A stretch of DNA of 64,000 bases, from the NCBI GenBank assembly GCA_043805415.1, contig JAZDHZ010000007.1:29786-93785 (forward strand), given 5' to 3'. The position numbers were made by a program, and so were the translations under genes. Below, piece by piece: positions 8,952 to 18,475 of this stretch. Origin of the DNA: Candidatus Omnitrophota bacterium. GTDB lineage: Bacteria; Omnitrophota; Gorgyraeia; B26-G9. The stretch's first letter is position 1, and every line of letters starts with the position of its first letter. The notes below the pieces were generated by a model, which worked only from the letters and a program-made list of their open reading frames with translations, had not been told where the DNA came from and searched no databases.

Positions 8952-10454
8952 ATGAACAATTTTACCCCCCCATGTTACTTATTTCAAAAATTAGGCCGTT
9001 ATTTTGCTGTTTCCACGGTTTCCGGTGATTTTTATGATATTTCTGAGCAAACATACACTGCTTTGCGTAAATGGAATGAACAGCTTTCCTGTTTAGCTAA
9101 ACCAGAAGAAGCGATTGCCGATAAATTAGCCCAAGCGGAAAATATTCCGGATGATATAATCAAAGCTTTTCCTTTGGTTAAGCCTGAATCTTTAGTTAAA
9201 TTAAGCAATGCTGAAAAGTATAATATAAGCGATTTGACCTTAAATTTAACTTCTTCCTGTAATCTGGCATGCATCTATTGCTGGAATGACCAGGGCAAGT
9301 ATTCTGACAATTCATTTGCTTCGGCGCAAACCCCAATCCCAGCCCATCAGCAAAATGTTGAGAAAATGTCGATTAAAACCGCGCAAGCGGCTGTAGATAT
9401 GTTTGTGCAACAGCGCGATCCCGGCACTAAGAATCTGCTGATTGATTTTTATGGCGGCGAGCCATTATTGAATTTAGAGACAATGCGTTTTGTGATTAGC
9501 TATGTGCAGAAGAATGAGGCTAAGTGGGGCGTAAGGATCAGATTTCTCTTAGCCACAAACGCTACTTTGCTTACTCCGTCGATTGCCGAGGAATTGCTGA
9601 ATAATGGAGTGCAAATCGCGGTCAGCCTGGATGGCCCCAAAGAAGTGCAGGATAAGAACCGGCCGTTTAGTGACGGTACAGGAAGTTTTGATACGATTTA
9701 CGCTAATCTGAAAAGCATGGCTCCGGAAACGCTCAAGCGTTTGGTTGGCAGAGCTACGGTTACTCCGGCTTATTGCGATATGGTTAATCTGTACAAATCT
9801 TTAAAAGCTGTCGGGTTTGAACGGATAGAGCTGTTTGAAAGCGAAGATGCTTGCCATCGGATTAATCCGACTCGGCAAACAATGTTTTTTAATACCCCGG
9901 AACAGTATGCGGAATTATGCCGGGAATATGAAAGGCTGGCTTTGCTTTATATTGAAGAAGTGGAAAATGGATTTCTTGATTATCGCAAGACTTTTTTTAA
10001 CCGTTTTTTTAAATTAATGCAAAGATTATATTATCAGCAGGAAGTTTCCGGCGGTTGTCCAGCTGGTCGCGGACAAATAGCGGTTTCTTTGGATGGCAAG
10101 ATTTTCCCCTGCACCGCTTTTATCGGAGTGGATAAGTTTGAGATCGGCAGTGTGGACCAAGGAATTAACCAGGATAAATATAAAGCGTTTATTAAAAAAG
10201 CAGACAAACGCATTGAGCATTGTCAGGAATGTAAATTATTCAGTTTGTGCAGAGCAACCGGCTCTTGTCTGAATCTAAATCATTATTATTGCGGTGATAT
10301 GTGTAAGCCTTATGAAATCGGCTGCAAGTTTTTTACTTTTAAAATAGAATTAGCCATTGCCGCTTTGTCGATTTTATCAGATAAAATTCCCGATTCTTTG
10401 GAAGATTTATTCGGTAATGATCCGGTTGGGGAAAGAGGAAATGTTTATTATTAA
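8952..10454 (+). CDS. radical SAM/SPASM peptide-modifying maturase with an N-terminal RRE (PqqD-like)-type extension
   Basis: A ~100-aa N-terminal extension precedes CNLACIYC (CX3CX2C). The C-terminal SPASM Cys-rich region reads GGCPAGRGQIAVSLDGKIFPCTAF...CQECKLFSLCRATGSC...CGDMCKPYEIGC. At 500 aa the architecture resembles sactisynthase/ranthipeptide/streptide-type maturases. Confidence 0.8.
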   Translation: MNNFTPPCYLFQKLGRYFAVSTVSGDFYDISEQTYTALRKWNEQLSCLAKPEEAIADKLAQAENIPDDIIKAFPLVKPESLVKLSNAEKYNISDLTLNLTSSCNLACIYCWNDQGKYSDNSFASAQTPIPAHQQNVEKMSIKTAQAAVDMFVQQRDPGTKNLLIDFYGGEPLLNLETMRFVISYVQKNEAKWGVRIRFLLATNATLLTPSIAEELLNNGVQIAVSLDGPKEVQDKNRPFSDGTGSFDTIYANLKSMAPETLKRLVGRATVTPAYCDMVNLYKSLKAVGFERIELFESEDACHRINPTRQTMFFNTPEQYAELCREYERLALLYIEEVENGFLDYRKTFFNRFFKLMQRLYYQQEVSGGCPAGRGQIAVSLDGKIFPCTAFIGVDKFEIGSVDQGINQDKYKAFIKKADKRIEHCQECKLFSLCRATGSCLNLNHYYCGDMCKPYEIGCKFFTFKIELAIAALSILSDKIPDSLEDLFGNDPVGERGNVYY

Positions 10455-10591
10455 AGATAAAAAGTAAATTTATGATACAGCTGTAATCGAAATAGTCGGA
10501 TTAAATACCCAAAGCGCACTTCTCGCGGAAAAATTTAATTCCATCCAAGAGTTGGGACTGTTAAGCGAATCCGCTTCAAAAAAAACACTAT

Positions 10592-12226
10592 TTATTCCGC
10601 GGCAAACTTCTTATTCCCCGGATAAAAGCTTAAAGCCTTTAGTTTATATGCCGCTCCTTCCGCTTTCATCTGAAAAGAAAAATAGTATTTACTTAAGTAA
10701 TAATAATAAAAAGCATAATTTTTATTCAAATTTATCGCTTTATTATAATAATCAACTGCAGCCTGAGAAAATTTGCCGGGAGATTTACGCTCCGCGCAAA
10801 GCGCGAGAAAATAATATATCGCGTCATTATTTTTCCGAAAGTTTAAAGCCTTATTCGCCTGAGCTATCGCGCTATTTACTTCCTTGTTTTCCATTGACAA
10901 ATACGCTTCATCGAGTAATGTCTGAGATTTATATTCAAGGTTAAGATAAAAAATCATTAATCCACTGAGCAAAATATAAACGCTTTTTGTGAAAAAAACC
11001 GCTGCCACGCCTCCATTGTTTTTCCTTGGCGATAAATCCGGCTTTGGTTTAAACAAGCAGGCGGTAATAATAATCCAAACATATCCGCTCTGAGTTATAA
11101 AAAAACTATAATCAAAAAAATTATGCGCCAAAAAAGCAAGCACGCCTGCCCTTAAACCAATTTCTACCGGATCGCTTGATCGTTTAAAACCGCGCGCGAA
11201 CATATACACCAAGACGCACAAAAACCCGAAAAACATAATTGTCCCGGTTTCTGCCCATAATTGCAAAAACATATTATGGCTATAAATTGTTTCATTAGCA
11301 TCCGGCTGCTTAAACCGCGGATAAACAATCCCGAAATTCCCCAGCCCTATGCCCTTTAGCGGATTTGCTTTAATAACCGCGGCTGAACTTTTCCAATAAT
11401 ATAAGCGCTGGATCAGTGAATTTTGCGGATTATTGATCTCGAGAAAATATTTTGCTCTTTGACTAAACATCGCGCCAAAAATCAGCAATAATAAAACTCC
11501 GGCGATTATCCAGTTTTTTTTATTATTTTCTTTGTCGTTTAATAAATTCCCGCTCATAAAAAATAGAGATACACCAAAAGCTAAATATGCGCCGAAAGAG
11601 CGCGTTAAATATAAACCCGCACATAAAACTAGGAAAATAATCGATAAAACCATACTTTGCTTTACTTGTTTTTGCCGATAACTTTTAATCATATATCCTC
11701 CGAGAACCGGAGCAATGGTTATTAAATACGCGGCAAGCAGATTCGGAGCAAAAAACCAGGAAATTACTCTTTTTTGTTTAAGCATTTCCCAGGCATAAAA
11801 CCCCTGATTTACAATTTGAGCATAAGAATAATGCTGATTGATATAGTCCATACCTGTAAAGAACTGATAAACCGCTCTGATACTTATAAGCGCGGCGGCG
11901 AAAAGCATTAAGTTTAGGAGTATTTTGCGTTTTTCCTGCGACTGCCAGTAAACAAAAATAAAGATCAGCAGGTACATCAGGAATTTTAAAGTCTCATTCT
12001 GGCTATTGTAGGTATTTAGGGAGAACAGGGTATTGAGCAGCAATAGGCCTGATAAACCTAAGGGATAAAAAAAGGTTTTTCGATTTATTATTATTTTCCG
12101 GTCAATAATAATATACAGCGCAAAGCAAACAGTAAAACAAATATCAAAAAAAATTCCCGCGGTTGGCCAGGCTTTTTCGCAGATAAAAACTCTTAGCGCT
12201 AACATGAAAATTATCAAATAGCTCAT
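10592..12226 (-). CDS. O-antigen ligase/polymerase (Wzy_C)-like polytopic membrane protein with C-terminal TPR repeats
   Basis: A multi-TM core is followed by TPR-like repeats (AIAQANKALNFRKNNDAIYYFLALC..., YYNKAINLNKNYAFYYYYLSKYYF). Confidence 0.5.
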   Translation of the reverse strand: MSYLIIFMLALRVFICEKAWPTAGIFFDICFTVCFALYIIIDRKIIINRKTFFYPLGLSGLLLLNTLFSLNTYNSQNETLKFLMYLLIFIFVYWQSQEKRKILLNLMLFAAALISIRAVYQFFTGMDYINQHYSYAQIVNQGFYAWEMLKQKRVISWFFAPNLLAAYLITIAPVLGGYMIKSYRQKQVKQSMVLSIIFLVLCAGLYLTRSFGAYLAFGVSLFFMSGNLLNDKENNKKNWIIAGVLLLLIFGAMFSQRAKYFLEINNPQNSLIQRLYYWKSSAAVIKANPLKGIGLGNFGIVYPRFKQPDANETIYSHNMFLQLWAETGTIMFFGFLCVLVYMFARGFKRSSDPVEIGLRAGVLAFLAHNFFDYSFFITQSGYVWIIITACLFKPKPDLSPRKNNGGVAAVFFTKSVYILLSGLMIFYLNLEYKSQTLLDEAYLSMENKEVNSAIAQANKALNFRKNNDAIYYFLALCAERKSPGKFSQAAVDYYNKAINLNKNYAFYYYYLSKYYFSFQMKAEGAAYKLKALSFYPGNKKFAAE

Positions 12227-13215
12227 TTTTTCGCTTTTATTCTTTCTTTTTTTCTTTGCTTGATTCTCTTTTTCAACTTAGCTCTTTTTTTAAAAGCACT
12301 CAGAATAAGCGGCAGTCTAAAAATTATATCCGCGATAACTCTGGGTTCAAAAATCAAACAATAAAGAAAAAGCTTTGCTTCGTAACTAGCGATGTGGTAG
12401 ATATTCAAAAGGAAATCTTTTAAACAGTCATTTTTTATTATTGTCATATAGCGATTTTTTATCAGATCACTTTTCAGACTGGTTTTTAGCCAGGCGAAAT
12501 TATAGGCGCGCAAAAACTCAAAAATCGGTTTCTTTTCTTTGGACGTAGCGCCCCGTTCATGATAGCCGACCGCTTTCGGATTATAAAAAGCTTTCCAGCC
12601 AAAATTGGCCGCTCTCCAGGAAAGGTCAAAATCCTCATAAAACATATTATAATCTTTATCAAAATATTCGTTTTCTTCGATAGCGCAATCTTCCAACATG
12701 CTTTTTCTTAATAAAACCGCTGCCCCGCAAGAACCAAAGACAAAACACTCTTGATCAAACTGCCCCTTATCCAGCGTGCCATAGCCGCGTTCGACTGGCG
12801 TACGTTTTTTGCCAAGCAGCTCCCCGGCAGTATCAATCGTAGTTTTATCCATACGCAGCAATTTACCGCAAACCATGCCGATAGAATCCTCTTTATTAAT
12901 CGCCCTTAACAGCTCCTCAATAAAATTTTCTTTTAAAACAACATCATCATTTAACAGCAAAACAAAATCTGTTTCCATAAAACTAATTGCCTGATTTTGC
13001 AAATAAGTCAATGACGCGTTTTTAGTATTATCAATCCAGGTTATCTGAATAGGACAATTTTCAAAAGTTTGCTTATCCGGGCGTTGCGCTCCATCATAAA
13101 TAATAACCACCTTTTGCACCTGTGCTGTCTGAAGGCAAAGAGAGCTGACCAAATTCTCAAGGAGCTTTTTATTTTTTGCTGTAGTAGTTATTAACGCTGT
13201 AATTGATGAGCTCAT
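12223..13215 (-). CDS. glycosyltransferase family 2
   Basis: GT2 motifs VVIIYDGAQ and LLLNDDVVL (DxD) are present. Its start overlaps the stop of the upstream gene (ATGA). Confidence 0.8.
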   Translation of the reverse strand: MSSSITALITTTAKNKKLLENLVSSLCLQTAQVQKVVIIYDGAQRPDKQTFENCPIQITWIDNTKNASLTYLQNQAISFMETDFVLLLNDDVVLKENFIEELLRAINKEDSIGMVCGKLLRMDKTTIDTAGELLGKKRTPVERGYGTLDKGQFDQECFVFGSCGAAVLLRKSMLEDCAIEENEYFDKDYNMFYEDFDLSWRAANFGWKAFYNPKAVGYHERGATSKEKKPIFEFLRAYNFAWLKTSLKSDLIKNRYMTIIKNDCLKDFLLNIYHIASYEAKLFLYCLIFEPRVIADIIFRLPLILSAFKKRAKLKKRIKQRKKERIKAKK

Positions 13216-13595
13216 AATTACCTATCCGCTCCTATTATTTTTTGTAGAAATTGGCAAATACCGCTTGAATCACAAATTCCACATCCGAACGTGTCATTTT
13301 CGGATAAAAAACTAATGAGATCAGCTGGATTTCAATAGTACGGCAATCGCCTTCAATTCATTATCATATGTTTGCGGCCGATAAAAATCAAGCGGCAAAA
13401 TGTACTGCTAAAATCAACTTCTATATTATACCGCATTTCCGCTCTATAAACTTGCATAAACTGAAAATTAAGCTTAATCTTCGACACACCGCGACACGTT
13501 TAATTGGAACCAGAATCGCAGCATATCGCGCAAGGCACAAACCTTATACAAAGATGTCCGCGTTGAGCCTCATGTTTTGACGGTATTATCCTTTG

Positions 13596-15494
13596 TCAGC
13601 GCCCTTTTTGCGCCTTACAAGCAGGAGTTCCGTTGCCGCGCCGTTTCCGAACAACCCACGGCCAGACTAATAAATTCAGACATCCTATCAAAGAAACAGC
13701 GGAAATCACTACTCCAGCATAAAAAAGTACTGGCACCAAGTAAAACGAAACCGTCTGTTTTCCTGTCTGCTCGATCCGCAATGACAGCAATCCCTTGAAA
13801 TTTTCCACAACACCGGCATTTGATTTCCAATTCTTATCGAAATTCTGATTAACAACGACAATTCCCGGCTTCTTAACATCAACGTGAACAATAATTTTCC
13901 GCGGTAAAATGGAACAGCCAGTCACATGATTAAAAGAGTCAATAAAAAACGCTTCCCCTTTATACGCGGGATTAGCGACAATGAAAATTTTTGTACTCGG
14001 AGACATAAAAGCAAACCTATGCATAATAAAATAACGCGGCGTAACCGCAATAGCCCGTCCGAAAAAATCAGCCATTCCCGGATAAAAATTCGTCATGCCA
14101 AAACCTTTGCAATATAAAATAAGTTTTAAAGCCGCGCCACCACCCTCATCTCCTTTGTGCATATTCACTATCCTTACCGTAGAATTAAACGGTTGAAGTT
14201 CAGGTAATTTAAAATCAGTTCTATAATTCCTGAAATAAGCGATATTCGCGCATAACAAATCAACAAATACATAGGCTATAATTAAAATTGATATGATTCT
14301 GAATTTTTTATTAGATAGTTTTTTTTCCAATATCATAAAAAATCCTCCGCTGATAACACTGATCAAAAAAACGATTATCAGCCCATAATATTTTGCCAAA
14401 GAAGATATTGATTTAAAAAAAGGTAAATACCATAAAATCCGATGAAGATCAAGCCAGGAGTTTTGCCCAAACGATAGCACAGTAAAGATTACTAGCAACA
14501 GCAGCCAATGTTTCATTCTTCGAAACAATACAATCCCGGAAAAAAAACATAGTACAACTGGTAAAAAACCGAAATACATTGATCCCACTCCGAAGTTCTC
14601 AGGAACAAACAAACGCTGTAATAATAATGTAATCGAATTCCCATACACAACAATATCCTCATACCTTTGTCCAGTAATATTCATGTCCGCAGACAAAAGC
14701 GCCAAAATCGGCAATATCCTATAGGCAGAAAAAAGCAGGGTAAGAACCAAAACAGCAAAAAAAACAACAAAGCCGCGTTTATGAACCATAAAAGCTTGAC
14801 CGTTTCTTTTTACCATGCCAAACAACGTAATCAAAAAAAGCAATAAAAATAACAAGGGCAAAAACAAAACCGTTGTGATAAAAAATACAGCCACTGTTAG
14901 TGCCGTAAAAAATATATACTTATTATCATGCCGCGCTTTCAAAAAAAGCGCCACGACAAGCGGTAAGAATAAAATGTCTCGATTATAAATTAATCCACAC
15001 TGCTGTATAACCGGAAAAAACCCGCACATTGAAAATGCAAGTGAACAAAATACCGCGCCAAAAATATTATATTTTAAAACAAATCTCGCCAAATAAAACA
15101 TCGAAAGAGCACCGGCAAAATAGGCAAAATACCATCCCGAATTTACTCCGCAAACAATTCCCAATCCCAATACAAGTAAGAAAAAAGGGCTGTAAGAAAA
15201 ATTAAACATTGAAATATTCCAATTTAAACCTCCCTCCTCAAAGGGAACCCAGAATGGAAGCGACCGATCAGCCAGAATACTGGCGTAACTAATCAGATTA
15301 TACGAGCAAGCGCAATACCAATTATAAACCTGATTCTTGTGCGTCATTAACGGCGCCTTATTCAAAGACAATAATAGCGGTAATGTGTAAACAAAAATAC
15401 ACACTAAGATCACAAGCACTGCGGCGCAATGAGAGCGGTAAGCTCCGGACTTTTCTCTCCTAAATATTTTTCCAATCAAGCGCGACACATTCAT
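13596..15494 (-). CDS. large polytopic membrane protein (YfhO/GT-C-like?), function unknown
   Basis: A 632-aa protein with more than 12 predicted hydrophobic helices. No catalytic motif was recognised. Confidence 0.45.
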   Translation of the reverse strand: MNVSRLIGKIFRREKSGAYRSHCAAVLVILVCIFVYTLPLLLSLNKAPLMTHKNQVYNWYCACSYNLISYASILADRSLPFWVPFEEGGLNWNISMFNFSYSPFFLLVLGLGIVCGVNSGWYFAYFAGALSMFYLARFVLKYNIFGAVFCSLAFSMCGFFPVIQQCGLIYNRDILFLPLVVALFLKARHDNKYIFFTALTVAVFFITTVLFLPLLFLLLFLITLFGMVKRNGQAFMVHKRGFVVFFAVLVLTLLFSAYRILPILALLSADMNITGQRYEDIVVYGNSITLLLQRLFVPENFGVGSMYFGFLPVVLCFFSGIVLFRRMKHWLLLLVIFTVLSFGQNSWLDLHRILWYLPFFKSISSLAKYYGLIIVFLISVISGGFFMILEKKLSNKKFRIISILIIAYVFVDLLCANIAYFRNYRTDFKLPELQPFNSTVRIVNMHKGDEGGGAALKLILYCKGFGMTNFYPGMADFFGRAIAVTPRYFIMHRFAFMSPSTKIFIVANPAYKGEAFFIDSFNHVTGCSILPRKIIVHVDVKKPGIVVVNQNFDKNWKSNAGVVENFKGLLSLRIEQTGKQTVSFYLVPVLFYAGVVISAVSLIGCLNLLVWPWVVRKRRGNGTPACKAQKGR

Positions 15495-16339
15495 CCTCCC
15501 ACAGCAACCAGTTCCATGACATAGGTATCACCGCGATCACGATATTCGACATTTTTCAGAAAAAAAGGAAGAAAAAACTGCTTCAACCAGTTTTTCCCCT
15601 TCATTGCTTCAGCTGCTCTGTAATTATATTTTTCAAGATATCCTGATTTAGAAAATTCCATTCTCACAATGCCTAAAAAGGGAACTTGTGAAGATCGCCA
15701 TAAATCCAATCCTTCATCCGTGTACGCGTCTTTTTTATCAGTCGCTACCCAAAAATGAAAACATTGAAAAACGCCAACTGGTGTTTGAATGGTTTCCACC
15801 TGCGGCAACCAACGCAACTTAGCATAATCCACCGTATTTTTTTCGTCCGGAATGTCTTTATAAAATGTATCTGCCAGGATATCCGGCTGATTCAAAAATT
15901 CCTGAGGATCCACCGCGAAACTCTCGCCATCACGCGGAATAATGATTATTTTTCGCGCGGTTTCAAACAAGCTGAATAATCCTTGCGCGATATATGCCGC
16001 GGGGTCTTGAACAAAATCGTTATGATTATAGGGAAGAACTAGCGCTCTAAAAGATATTTCTCTTAATGTATCATTATACACAGCAAGTTCTATCCAAAAA
16101 TATTTATTATCCCCTATAGTTTCTTCATCAATTACAGAAATAATGTATCTATTTTTCTGCGACAAGGACTCTAAACTGATTATCCGGTATTCCGCGAATT
16201 GCCCCACATGAAACGGCAATAATCCGAAACAGCCCGCTTTCGGCTCAGACCATGATCGCGGCACCGCGAACAGCGCGCTAAAGAGAAACACCCCCAGCAG
16301 TATACACATATTTTTTTTCATATCACACATTTTCATCAA
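15491..16339 (-). CDS. secreted hypothetical protein (signal peptide)
   Basis: The N-terminus MKKNMCILLGVFLFSALFAVPRSWSEP is signal-peptide-like. It is translationally coupled to its neighbours. Confidence 0.5.
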   Translation of the reverse strand: MMKMCDMKKNMCILLGVFLFSALFAVPRSWSEPKAGCFGLLPFHVGQFAEYRIISLESLSQKNRYIISVIDEETIGDNKYFWIELAVYNDTLREISFRALVLPYNHNDFVQDPAAYIAQGLFSLFETARKIIIIPRDGESFAVDPQEFLNQPDILADTFYKDIPDEKNTVDYAKLRWLPQVETIQTPVGVFQCFHFWVATDKKDAYTDEGLDLWRSSQVPFLGIVRMEFSKSGYLEKYNYRAAEAMKGKNWLKQFFLPFFLKNVEYRDRGDTYVMELVAVGG

Positions 16340-16390
16340 TTACCCTGTCAGTATTCAAACAAAAACAACCTCAAAAAATCTTTAATAAAA

Positions 16391-17968
16391 TCATTGAAAC
16401 TTATTTGATTTAATAATGTTATCCAGATATTTATTGTTTAAATAATACCTATTTATCCTGTCTTGTTTTTTATCCGGGGTAATGAATGGCGTTATTGATA
16501 TAATAAAATTAATTATTTTCCTAATCCGGAATTCCATAAAAACGCTTCGCCACGCCCCTTGATACACCCTTAATAACACCATTTTCACTATGGGTGAGTG
16601 AGAAAAAAATTTATTAATTGATAACATACTCTTCCCTGAAGGAAGAATCCTCATTTGATTTTTACCCTTAAACCTAAAGGTAGGTATGAATTTGTCATTA
16701 TAAAACATATTTTTAAATTCTATATTCTTGTCTTTTAGCAATGCCGCATAACCCGGCATTGTCACAACAGGCTTAAAATTGGAAAACAGACCCAAATCAC
16801 AAACTCTGTTTACGTTTTTGCGCGTTAATGAGGAAGTCCTCTGCCCGGGAAACCCGTTTACGAACAAGCCTATCACCGTAATCTTATTCTTATTAAGCAT
16901 CCGGTAAATCCGTTCATAGTGGTTTATTACATCAATTTTTTTAGCCCGCATGATTTTATAATTCTTATCAAAGAGCGTTATATCACTATCTTCCAAAGAT
17001 TCTAATCCAACTGAAATAACTTTAAGCCCGGCCGGCACCGCCAATCTAATGAGCTCGGGATTATCAATGAAAACATCCGCGCGCATAGACGCTCCTAATT
17101 TAAAACCAAAATTTTTTTTAATTAAACCCTCCAAAATCGCCGCGTCCCTTTTAACGTTAGATCCAAAGTTATCGTCACTGATATGAACCTGACGAACGCC
17201 TCTTGCGTGCAATAGTTCAAATTCTTCCAGGGTTCTTTCAACAGATTTAAATCTTTGTACATTTCCAAACATTGGCCCCACACTACAAAAAGAGCACTTA
17301 TGCAAACAGCCCCTCGAGGTTTCTATGCACGCGCTCAACCCCTTCGCGCCCAATCCCAAGTCGTAATATTGCAAATCGACCTTTTCCCATCGAGGGATCG
17401 GAGACAAATCCAGATTATCAAGCAATCCCCTTTCCTCATTAAATACTATCTCCGTTTTACCGTCCTCTCGCTTCGGAGGATTACTCCCGGCATCTGTTTT
17501 TTCAAAATCACGCAAATAGGTAATGCCTTGTATCCGGCCGATACCCTTGCCGCGGTTGAAAGCGTCTAATATCTCAGGGAAGGTCTTTTCCGCTTCACCT
17601 CTGACCACAATATCCGCGCCTTTTTCAATCCATTCTTTACTATAAAAAGTTGCGTGATGGCCACCTACTATTATTTTAATCTTCGGGTTCATTATCTTAA
17701 TTAAGCGTATATTCATCTCTATATTTAATGCCACAACACTTTCCGGGCAATTCATACATACAACATCAAACATGTTTATGAGCTTAAAGTAGGATTTGGG
17801 ATCAATGTCCCGAATCGTCGCGTCAAAAATTGTAAATTCAGCGTCAGGATACAAAGATGCCAAAAGAGGATATACCGCGGAGAGCACTCTAAAAATAAAT
17901 TTAGCCGCATCATTGTGTATGGGCCAGCTCTGATAGAATTCTTTCGGTATCAACAAAAGCACTTTCAT
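16391..17968 (-). CDS. cobalamin (B12)-binding-domain radical SAM protein (class B rSAM, probable methyltransferase)
   Basis: An N-terminal B12-binding Rossmann-like domain is followed by CLHKCSFCSV (CX3CX2C) and a C-terminal rSAM TIM-barrel region. Confidence 0.85.
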   Translation of the reverse strand: MKVLLLIPKEFYQSWPIHNDAAKFIFRVLSAVYPLLASLYPDAEFTIFDATIRDIDPKSYFKLINMFDVVCMNCPESVVALNIEMNIRLIKIMNPKIKIIVGGHHATFYSKEWIEKGADIVVRGEAEKTFPEILDAFNRGKGIGRIQGITYLRDFEKTDAGSNPPKREDGKTEIVFNEERGLLDNLDLSPIPRWEKVDLQYYDLGLGAKGLSACIETSRGCLHKCSFCSVGPMFGNVQRFKSVERTLEEFELLHARGVRQVHISDDNFGSNVKRDAAILEGLIKKNFGFKLGASMRADVFIDNPELIRLAVPAGLKVISVGLESLEDSDITLFDKNYKIMRAKKIDVINHYERIYRMLNKNKITVIGLFVNGFPGQRTSSLTRKNVNRVCDLGLFSNFKPVVTMPGYAALLKDKNIEFKNMFYNDKFIPTFRFKGKNQMRILPSGKSMLSINKFFSHSPIVKMVLLRVYQGAWRSVFMEFRIRKIINFIISITPFITPDKKQDRINRYYLNNKYLDNIIKSNKFQ

Positions 17969-18475
17969 GAAAACTTCTCCTAAAACTTTCCGTTTAGGCC
18001 CCTGCAGCGACAGGGCATCAATTCCGCAAGTGACCTACGTGAACGCATCCTCAGCGGCGCGCGTTTTCACATCCGGAGAAAATAAGATTATCTCATACAG
18101 CGGATTATCCGTTACCCGTGCAGAATCACGGCAGCGCAGCAGCGGAAGCAAACAGCCCCTCTTACCTTTTATTTTCATTCGAGCCGGGGCAGACAGAGCA
18201 CGGCAACAACACCACAATAGAACCTATCAGCGTAATCACGGAAATTATTATCCCTAGATAAAAAAGCACCGGAACGAAATGCAATACTATCGTTTGCTCG
18301 CCCCTTTGGGAAATAGGGAGAGAAATCAACAAAGCCGTAAAAAGATATACCTGTTATCATCCTGCGCTTTTAGAAAAAAGGCCGTCATCAGCGGAAAAAA
18401 TCTGTTTGAAAACCTCACGGCAACCATCGCTTCCCTCATTCCCTCGCGACAGGAAAACAATCGCCTCGGTATATT

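Noticed and set aside
10455-10591. Possible bidirectional terminator between the convergent maturase and O-antigen-ligase genes (aagcgaatccgctt + A8)
   Set aside because: The hairpin is followed by an A-run on the plus strand and preceded by a U-run on the minus transcript. Neither orientation gives a canonical hairpin plus U-tract terminator.
13216-13595. Plus-strand ORFs (70 and 73 aa) in the 380-bp spacer upstream of the GT2 gene
   Set aside because: They have no RBS, arbitrary composition, and overlap the probable promoter region of the minus-strand operon.
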